Assembly (NCBI GenBank): GCA_026016245.1 | Contig: CP061211.1 | Coordinates: 360,001-392,000 of the forward strand | From: Candidatus Pacearchaeota archaeon | Lineage (GTDB): Archaea; Nanobdellota; Nanobdellia; Pacearchaeales; UBA284 | Reading direction: 5' to 3' | DNA length: 32,000 bases | Part shown: piece by piece, positions 24,331-31,214 of the stretch | How positions within the stretch are numbered: the stretch's first letter is position 1 | Layout: every line of letters starts with the position of its first letter | Notes under the pieces: generated by a model | What the model was told of the DNA's origin: nothing | Databases searched by the model: none | Seen by the model: the letters and a program-made list of their open reading frames with translations, nothing else | Translations under genes and position numbers: made by a program

Positions 24331-24401
24331 GGGGCCATAGTTCAATGGTAAAACAGCCGCCTCCAGAGCGGCAGTCGGGGGTTCGAGTCCCTCTGGCCCC
24401 A
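24331..24401 (+). tRNA. tRNA-Trp (anticodon CCA), intron-less
   Basis: Acceptor GGGGCCA/TGGCCCC, anticodon arm GCCGC-CTCCAGA-GCGGC, T arm GGGGG-TTCGAGT-CCCTC (one G-U pair), discriminator A. 71 nt, D stem with one mismatch, no encoded CCA. Confidence 0.85.
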
Positions 24402-24410
24402 TTTTTTTCT
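24402..24410 (+). terminator. Oligo-T tract after tRNA-Trp
   Basis: A TTTTTTT run directly follows the discriminator base. Archaeal RNA polymerase terminates at oligo-T. Confidence 0.4.
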
Positions 24411-24498
24411 GATATATTAAACGTAAAAGAAAAAACAACGAAGGAGATAAATAGAAAATTAACTTATTTATTAACAACAATTTTCATTAACAATAGAA

Positions 24499-27400
24499 TC
24501 ACAAAGGAGGAACTTCAAAAGGATCTATGATTGTTGTGCATACATCTGCTTCTGGACTTCCACCAGGATAATTCTCCCATTCATCTACACACTTGATATA
24601 GTATAAATGATCAAGCTGCCAATAAGCTGCATGGATTGTTTCATTATTGCCGGTCATTGCTGTTCCATCACTGAAATTATAATTGCATGCAGTTGAAGTG
24701 CTTGTTCCATAAACACAAGTACTATTTTCATCTGTTTCAATAATTAGATAATCCCCAATAGTTGTGTCATGATACATTCTGATAACTATTGGATCATCTT
24801 CATCCAGCAATGTATAGAATTTTGTAAAGTTTATTGCTTCCATATACCATTGATCCCTGCATCTAGCCCATAGAGTATGAAGCATGCCTATTTTTGTTGC
24901 ATTAAGAGTTTCATTGTGCCTTCCTTGGTGTATTGTGTTCATTACTTCATCTATGTAATACATCTCATCCCAGCTTGGTGGGGTCTTAGGACCATTTCCT
25001 TGATAAGTCTTGTATTTACATTCAGTTGATCGTGGCTCGCTTGTTACTTCAATTTCAGGCTGTCTGTCATAAGTTCTTTCATCCATTTCTGGCCTTATCA
25101 CAGTGATATTATATCCAGGCATTGTCATGAAAGAATAACTTAAAGTGTCTTCCTCTAACATAATATTTCCTGCATTATCTTCACATCTTATCATGAAGTT
25201 AAAGATTTTTGTTACATTGTATAAACCATTCTCCTCAAGCTGTTGTTGCATCTCAGGAGGCATCTCACTCCATTCAAGGCTCTCATAACCCTTGGATAAA
25301 TCAAGGTCTAGTTCACAGTGAGTACATTTTACATTAGTTAGATGTATACAATCAGAAGGATAACATTGGCCAAATATTACACTTGAATTTTCATTTGGTT
25401 TTTCTCTAAAGTATTTCATTTCTTCATAACTAGTAGTGTAGTTCATTGTTTTATCACTGTATTTACAATTTCCTAACTCATCTAGCCAGAATGTTGCTGT
25501 TAGATTCTTCCAATCATCATTTACAACAGCTTTATTTTCAGGATCAATATGTGCTATGACAGGAGGCAATTGATCTGGCTTTTCCTCTAGTCTAAATTGC
25601 ACATAATTTTGATCATAACTTGCTCCATGGGGAATATCACAAGCATTATTACATTTTATGAAAATTCTATGTTCTTGATCTCGAGTTATTTCTCCTGGTA
25701 GCATTATAGTTGTATATTGCCATCCTGGTACTCCGGCAGACTGCATAGGATAATAATTTTCTTCAAAATCATCCATCTCAGAAAATTCAGCTTCTCTTGT
25801 GTCAAGAATCCATCTACACTGAGCTGGTTTGTCTGTTGTCAGATTAATTAATATCATTTTTGTATTAAATGGAATCTCCCCAATATCTGTTCTTATATTT
25901 CCTTGACTGATTTCTGCTGGTATTGAGTTTACAAGTTCACCATTAATATACCACTCAATAAAACCTTTATTCATTCCCACTAATCCAAGTTCCTCACACT
26001 CGCCAGGAATACAATTATATTGATCACCTTTTTCAGTTGGAACAGCAATACAAGTTCCTAAAACAGCACATCTTTCTTTAGTGCATATTCTATAAGGATC
26101 TTCATTACAACTTATACAAGCATCTGTTCCAGGCAATGGTTTTTCTGCTGAACAAGAACCCATAATATCATATCCTTCAGCGCCACCAGAAGTTAATCTA
26201 AATGCCTTGATAGTTGCAGATGTACATGACAAAATATTAGCTACCATCTCAGGAATAGTCATAGCAAACACTGCTTCTGATTTTTGAAGATCATCTTGCG
26301 CAGCTTCTAACTCCTTATCTATTTCTATATATTCCTCTTCACCAAGCTCCTCTTTTTTTCCTGCAAGATCTTTTCTTGCTTCAACAATAGCTTCAATCTG
26401 CTCATTAATTTTTTTGGTTTTTAAATCTGGATCCTCTATGCCTTTGATTGTCTCTAAAGTACTTGCTATTGAACCATATCCTGCGTCAGTTAGATGTTTT
26501 TTCGCACCATCTATAAATTTATTAGCATTTTGCTTGTCCCATAACCAATGTCTTCCTATGCATACAGAAAGTCTTCCTAAAGTTCCTGGTTTTTTTACTC
26601 TTTCTCTCTCAGCTTCTTTTTGTTTACAACAATATTCTCCTTCTTTTAGACCTTTGATAGGAATTATGCTGTTAGGAAGACATTTTTCTGTTTCTTCTTC
26701 CCTTGACTTTACTATGATGCCATCCTTATCTCCGCATGTTACTGTTATACAGCATTGAATATTATCTGGGCCTGGGCAAAGATTTGGCTTACAATCTTCT
26801 GTTTCTACTACATCAGTATCAACACAGCTATAATCTGCGCCCCTTTGAGAACATATAGAATTTATATCAATAGCGCAGCATAGTAATTTTTCTATTTTTA
26901 AAATACATTCTGTTCCTGGGGTTATTCCTAAATTTTTAAGAGCATTATTATGCCATAGAAGTTTGTCATCACATGTTAATTGGCATCTTCCTAATCCTCT
27001 CTCTTCACAAAGATGTTTTGATGGTTTAGGTGGGAGTCCTGATGGGGCTGTTGATGGTGTTGGTGTTTTTTCTAGTTCGCTTCTTATACCTTCTTTTTCA
27101 TTGCGATGTTTCTGCCAGCTAAAGTATCCTGTGAAAGATTTAATGGCATGAGCTGTTCCTGGTAAACCAGTATCAGTGGCTAATGCACCTTCTCCTTCTT
27201 CTTTGAGTTCTCTTTTATAATTTTCAAGATCTGTTTCTAGGGCTTCTATCCTTGGAATTAAATCTCTCCTACCTATATCCTCGGCTACTTGCTTATAAGC
27301 TCTTATTTCAATCAATTCTCCTTCTATATTTTGAAGTTCAGCAGCTACTTTAGATTCTTCAGCTCCAGCTCTTCCCACAGGTATTGGTGGTTTAGTTATA

Positions 27401-27930
27401 GCACTACCAATAATACTTCCTTCAGTGCATCCTATACCATGACCCTTAGTAATTAAACTGAATAATCCTCTTGGTAAGCCGCCGCCCATAGTTCCTGCAG
27501 AACATACTTTGCATTCTACTTGAATATAACATAATTTTTTTTGGTCTTCTTTTGAAAAATATTTCCTCAAAAGCCCCCAGCTATGCCAGGCTGCTCCAAA
27601 AGAAACTACAAATTTTTTGTTATGGATTTTCCCTATTTTGTTATTATCACAATCTAATCCCCACCACCAAATCTCTACAATCTTATTTGAAAAAAAGTTT
27701 GTACTTACAGGGATAGTAGCTCCTTCTCTAGATTCAAATTCACATCTCAAATTAAGGGGTTCATTTAATTTTACAGGATCATATTTTATTCTAAAATCTA
27801 AGCTGGGGCCTGTGCTTTTTGTTGGTGCTATTTCTGTTTGGCCTAAAACAAAAGTAAATAATGATAAAATTATTAGAACCACTGCTATGGTTATTGCAAA
27901 GATTTTTATTGTGTTATTTTTATTTTTCAT
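24499..27930 (-). CDS. Giant secreted cysteine-rich multidomain protein (1143 aa), unknown family
   Basis: N-terminal basic stretch plus hydrophobic helix (IKIFAITIAVVLIILSLFTFVLG). 47 Cys by hand count, including three CC doublets. Two K/E-rich coiled-coil segments (aa ~190-250 and ~500-555) and a P/T/S linker KTPTPSTAPSGLPPKPSK. Four degenerate C-terminal repeats. ATGA overlap with the upstream gene. Confidence 0.75.
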   Translation of the reverse strand: MKNKNNTIKIFAITIAVVLIILSLFTFVLGQTEIAPTKSTGPSLDFRIKYDPVKLNEPLNLRCEFESREGATIPVSTNFFSNKIVEIWWWGLDCDNNKIGKIHNKKFVVSFGAAWHSWGLLRKYFSKEDQKKLCYIQVECKVCSAGTMGGGLPRGLFSLITKGHGIGCTEGSIIGSAITKPPIPVGRAGAEESKVAAELQNIEGELIEIRAYKQVAEDIGRRDLIPRIEALETDLENYKRELKEEGEGALATDTGLPGTAHAIKSFTGYFSWQKHRNEKEGIRSELEKTPTPSTAPSGLPPKPSKHLCEERGLGRCQLTCDDKLLWHNNALKNLGITPGTECILKIEKLLCCAIDINSICSQRGADYSCVDTDVVETEDCKPNLCPGPDNIQCCITVTCGDKDGIIVKSREEETEKCLPNSIIPIKGLKEGEYCCKQKEAERERVKKPGTLGRLSVCIGRHWLWDKQNANKFIDGAKKHLTDAGYGSIASTLETIKGIEDPDLKTKKINEQIEAIVEARKDLAGKKEELGEEEYIEIDKELEAAQDDLQKSEAVFAMTIPEMVANILSCTSATIKAFRLTSGGAEGYDIMGSCSAEKPLPGTDACISCNEDPYRICTKERCAVLGTCIAVPTEKGDQYNCIPGECEELGLVGMNKGFIEWYINGELVNSIPAEISQGNIRTDIGEIPFNTKMILINLTTDKPAQCRWILDTREAEFSEMDDFEENYYPMQSAGVPGWQYTTIMLPGEITRDQEHRIFIKCNNACDIPHGASYDQNYVQFRLEEKPDQLPPVIAHIDPENKAVVNDDWKNLTATFWLDELGNCKYSDKTMNYTTSYEEMKYFREKPNENSSVIFGQCYPSDCIHLTNVKCTHCELDLDLSKGYESLEWSEMPPEMQQQLEENGLYNVTKIFNFMIRCEDNAGNIMLEEDTLSYSFMTMPGYNITVIRPEMDERTYDRQPEIEVTSEPRSTECKYKTYQGNGPKTPPSWDEMYYIDEVMNTIHQGRHNETLNATKIGMLHTLWARCRDQWYMEAINFTKFYTLLDEDDPIVIRMYHDTTIGDYLIIETDENSTCVYGTSTSTACNYNFSDGTAMTGNNETIHAAYWQLDHLYYIKCVDEWENYPGGSPEADVCTTIIDPFEVPPL

Positions 27931-28169
27931 TTTATTTTTTCTCCCAGCGCTCTTTCAACTTTTTCTACTACCGCATCTATTTCCTTTTGAAGTTCTTCCT
28001 GCTTTTTTTCTAATTCTACCCTTTTGAGGCTGTCTTTGTAAGCTGATATTTGGTATTGTTGTTCATTTATTTTGTTTTGATATGGTGGGACAGCTATGTT
28101 ATAAACTATAACTCCACCAACAATAGCTCCTACTATAGCTCCTGTAACATATTTTACTAAATCTGACAT
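27927..28169 (-). CDS. Glycine-zipper membrane-anchored coiled-coil protein (80 aa)
   Basis: MSDLVKYVTGAIVGAIVGGVIVYNIAVPPYQNKINEQQ... has an N-terminal GxxxGxxxG helix followed by a heptad-like K/E/Q-rich tail. Paralog of the next gene upstream. Confidence 0.65.
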   Translation of the reverse strand: MSDLVKYVTGAIVGAIVGGVIVYNIAVPPYQNKINEQQYQISAYKDSLKRVELEKKQEELQKEIDAVVEKVERALGEKIK

Positions 28170-28176
28170 TTTTATT

Positions 28177-28485
28177 TTATTCCTTTTCTAATTCTTTTTT
28201 TATTTTGTCTTTTTCTTTATAATGCTTTTCCCAACTAAATCCTTGTGACTCTGCTTCTTTTAGCAGTTCTCCAAATTCTTTTTGATTTTCTTCTGCTTCC
28301 TGCGTTATAAATTCAAGACACAGTTTACTTAGAGCTTTATTTTTTTCTTTAAGTTGAGATTTTTCTGCTTTTAAAAAATTTATTTTACTTTGATACATTG
28401 GTTCAGCTATACCATAATAAACTATAACTCCACCAACAACAGCACCTACCACGCCTCCTATGACATATTTTATTATATCTTTCAT
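28177..28485 (-). CDS. Glycine-zipper membrane-anchored coiled-coil protein (102 aa)
   Basis: Trimmed from track ORF 28177..28563 to the ATG at 28485 (MKDIIKYVIGGVVGAVVGGVIVYYGIAEPMYQSKINF...). That ATG lies 1 nt after the stop of the 607-aa gene and aligns with the start of the 80-aa paralog. Confidence 0.6.
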   Translation of the reverse strand: MKDIIKYVIGGVVGAVVGGVIVYYGIAEPMYQSKINFLKAEKSQLKEKNKALSKLCLEFITQEAEENQKEFGELLKEAESQGFSWEKHYKEKDKIKKELEKE

Positions 28486-28486
28486 C

Positions 28487-30310
28487 TTAACTTCCACCCC
28501 CTTGTTCTCCGCCTTGCTGTTCTCCGCCTTCACTACCGAAGACAGCTCCAGTTGCTTTATCAATAACAGTCTCTGTCACTTTTCCGCTTAAAGCATTCCA
28601 GGCTGCTCCCATAAGTTTGCCATTTATTATCCATAGTGGAGCATAAATTGCGTAAGCTTTTCCTCTGTCAGCTAAACATTTTAAAAAGTTAGTATTTTGA
28701 GGCAGCCAGCATGCTGGTTGCGTTTTGCCCCATGTTTTACAATAAACTAGTGTTGTGAATGTACATTCTGGAATAATAAGACTTATTCTATCTCCTAATG
28801 CAAGTCCTGGCCAGAACCAAGCAAATGTTCCTAGCTTAGTTCCGAAACCTGCTTCTTGGAATTGACAATCACCTTTACTATAACATTCTGCTCTTGTACA
28901 TAAATTCCATATAGCATCTCCTCCTCCGCCACATTCAGTACATTTACTTTCAGCAAGTCCTGGAGGATAGATAGGATCACAAGAGCCTACTGGTGTTCCA
29001 AGACCTACTCTTCCCATATCTTCATGATAAATACAATCACCATAATCACCAGACTCACATTTTTCTTTATTACAATAATCACCAAACCAGCTTGCCCACA
29101 TTCTTCCTGTTGGGAATGGGAAAGATGCTGGTCCTAGAAAATCACCAACTTCATTACCAAAACCAAACAAGGCTTTTGAAGCTCCACACTGAGAACAGTT
29201 TTGCCATTTATTTTCTTTGACTGTTCCATGTATTAGGGCAGGAGCCTCTCCTCCCATCTCACATAATTTTTGCCTGTCTGCTCCTAAACCTTCAATACCT
29301 ATATCACCAAAAGAGCAATGAAGGATTTGGTTTTGCAGGCCTGTTGATCTTTCTTGCATTCTCTCGTCTCCGTATTGAGTGTAGAAATTATAACATATTG
29401 AAGTTCCACTAAGTAATGTTGTTCCTTCTATAGTGGGAGCTTCATTCACTTTTGGGGCATAATCTGAAATTTCCTGGCTGCCTAATGAGCCTTCAATAAT
29501 ACATGTTGTGTCCTTACAATAAACATTTCCCAAGATATCTTTTGTACATAGGGCATGAGGATAATTACAATTGCCAGATTCATCTGTACCAGGATCACTC
29601 CATATTTCTTCTTGATTTCCTTGGCTGTCATACCAATAAATATCTGTTTCAGTTCCTGGAAGCTTGCCACATTCAGAATAGAAATTAGTTTCCACAGCAC
29701 AGTCTGCTACATCTCTACAATAATATCCTCCTTGTAAAGGCACGAAGTTTCCTTCTTGGCAATCTCTTCTTGGGCCATAACCACACTCTCCTCCTCCTAA
29801 AACACAACAGCCAAGATCTGTTGGCGAGCCTACTTTTTTACATTCTATCTGGCTTGTTATATCATCTCTAAATTCCATCATCTCTAGATCATAACCTAGA
29901 GCAAGAGTCAAATTTTCACATTGTCTGAATTGTAAAACTTCTGCCTTAACTCCTTGAGCAATTATACAACAGCCTGGTTTACATTGAGGAATTGATTCTA
30001 AAGGAGATGGATCAGGAACTCCATTCATAGCTCTACATTCTGCAGCTTGCTTATTTCTCAAACAAGGTTCTGCCTTGTTTTTTGGTATACAAGTTTGTGG
30101 CTTACATTCAGGAATATTACTACAATCATAAGGAGGGCCTGTATAAAACCTTCCTGGACATTCAGTTCTTGTTGTCTGAACACATTGCTGTCCTGTTCCA
30201 GTATCAAGACAGCATCCTTCCTGCTCTTGTGCTTGAACTTCTTGTGATGAGACAGTAAATAGTATTATAATCATCAAAATTGTTATGATTATTGCAAATA
30301 TTTTTTTCAT
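28487..30310 (-). CDS. Secreted cysteine-rich protein (607 aa), unknown family
   Basis: Sec-type signal peptide MKKIFAIIITILMIIILFTVSSQEVQAQ. 43 Cys by hand count, including three GCC-initiated modules. Gly/Gln/Glu tail GSEGGEQQGGEQGGGS. Confidence 0.75.
   Translation of the reverse strand: MKKIFAIIITILMIIILFTVSSQEVQAQEQEGCCLDTGTGQQCVQTTRTECPGRFYTGPPYDCSNIPECKPQTCIPKNKAEPCLRNKQAAECRAMNGVPDPSPLESIPQCKPGCCIIAQGVKAEVLQFRQCENLTLALGYDLEMMEFRDDITSQIECKKVGSPTDLGCCVLGGGECGYGPRRDCQEGNFVPLQGGYYCRDVADCAVETNFYSECGKLPGTETDIYWYDSQGNQEEIWSDPGTDESGNCNYPHALCTKDILGNVYCKDTTCIIEGSLGSQEISDYAPKVNEAPTIEGTTLLSGTSICYNFYTQYGDERMQERSTGLQNQILHCSFGDIGIEGLGADRQKLCEMGGEAPALIHGTVKENKWQNCSQCGASKALFGFGNEVGDFLGPASFPFPTGRMWASWFGDYCNKEKCESGDYGDCIYHEDMGRVGLGTPVGSCDPIYPPGLAESKCTECGGGGDAIWNLCTRAECYSKGDCQFQEAGFGTKLGTFAWFWPGLALGDRISLIIPECTFTTLVYCKTWGKTQPACWLPQNTNFLKCLADRGKAYAIYAPLWIINGKLMGAAWNALSGKVTETVIDKATGAVFGSEGGEQQGGEQGGGS
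28501..28530. repeat. Two tandem copies of a 15-nt unit (encodes GGEQ-QGGEQ)
   Basis: cttgttctccgcctt / gctgttctccgcctt, 13 of 15 identical, a GC-rich pocket at the 3' end of the 607-aa gene. Confidence 0.8.
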
Positions 30311-30321
30311 TTTTTTCTTTT

Positions 30322-31146
30322 TTATGTTCTGTCTACTGCAAAATTAAATTTATATGGGAATTCTCCTATTCTGTGAGGAACAGATTCTAGTATGAAGACT
30401 ATCTGATCTTTGTTGATACTTCGAGCATCTCTGCTAATGTATTGAAGTGTGTAAGGATCATTCCATGTCTCTTCATCCCATTTTAAACCTTCATAATTAC
30501 AATCTACTTGAGTTTCACAATCAACAATCCTATTAGCTGTATACCATAAATTTCCTAAAGGAACAGTGAGAGTGGCTGGAATCTGGTTGATTGTCTGCTC
30601 AGCTTCTGCCCTCGCTGTCTGCTTGCTTATTTTTATAGGCCAATCAACATTAATCATTATGGAATCGGGATTTATCGTTGCTGTCATCTTTCTTTCTCCA
30701 GGTTCAACATTCATATTTCTTTTGAAGGAAGCAAAATTATTAAGGCAAGAATCAATTTCAGCATAACCTTCTCTTTCAAGAAAAAGAGAGAATTGCTCCT
30801 CTATCTGGGTTTCACTTGGAAGTTTATTTATTCTTTGTTTTGCAGCATCTTTGTACATAACAACAATATAACTGTTTCCTGCAAAATCTAATCTTTCTAA
30901 TCCAGTAGTATCATAATAGCCTGCTTGTAAACCTATCCTCTCAAAAGCAGGATAACTTGTAGCAAGAACACAGTCATAAACAGCATCTCTAAGTGATTCT
31001 GCTTGGCTTGCTAAAAAGGATTCTGTTTGTTGTTGGGACATGAATAAAGTTGAGATAGTGGGCCAGAAAATAAGGCCAAGAACTACAACTGCTATGATGA
31101 CAATGGCGATAATAATGAATAAGGTAACCTGTCCTCTTTTATCCAT
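30322..31146 (-). CDS. Protein with class III (prepilin-type) signal peptide; first gene of the surface operon
   Basis: MDKRGQVTLFIIIAIVIIAVVVLGLIFW has a basic leader, RG|Q and a hydrophobic helix. Paralog of 12283..13023 (shared IGLQAGYY/LGKQAGYY block and conserved Cys positions). Confidence 0.7.
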   Translation of the reverse strand: MDKRGQVTLFIIIAIVIIAVVVLGLIFWPTISTLFMSQQQTESFLASQAESLRDAVYDCVLATSYPAFERIGLQAGYYDTTGLERLDFAGNSYIVVMYKDAAKQRINKLPSETQIEEQFSLFLEREGYAEIDSCLNNFASFKRNMNVEPGERKMTATINPDSIMINVDWPIKISKQTARAEAEQTINQIPATLTVPLGNLWYTANRIVDCETQVDCNYEGLKWDEETWNDPYTLQYISRDARSINKDQIVFILESVPHRIGEFPYKFNFAVDRT

Positions 31147-31164
31147 GTTTTAAATAACAAATCT

Positions 31165-31180
31165 GATATTTATAAAGTTT
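31165..31180 (-). promoter_or_regulatory. BRE/TATA-like element for the five-gene surface operon
   Basis: The minus strand reads aaactttataaatatc, ending 18 nt upstream of the ATG at 31146. Confidence 0.4.
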
Positions 31181-31214
31181 ATTCTATTATTCGTTTTTAT
31201 CCCTCTTTTTGAGC

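Noticed and set aside
24345-24530. 61-aa ORF (MVKQPPPERQSGVRVPLAP...) on the + strand
   Set aside because: It starts inside tRNA-Trp and runs through the oligo-T terminator. The sequence is explained by the tRNA.
26414-28027. + strand ORFs (26414-26758, 26963-27151, 27617-28027) antisense to the 1143-aa gene and the 80-aa gene
   Set aside because: There are no start-context signals. They overlap a long uninterrupted minus-strand ORF whose repeats and Cys patterns are coherent. They are probably frame shadows.
28486-28563. 5' extension of track ORF 28177-28563 (MIKQLELSSVVKAENSKAENKGVEVK)
   Set aside because: The extension overlaps the 3' end of the 607-aa gene in another frame. The internal ATG at 28485 gives an N-terminus that aligns with the 80-aa paralog and a TAA-N-ATG junction.
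31200-31206. tccctct, identical to 7 nt of the tRNA-Trp T-arm (24388-24394), considered as an att-like direct repeat bounding the surface operon
   Set aside because: A 7-nt match over 32 kb is expected by chance. No longer tRNA 3'-end duplication and no integrase gene is visible.
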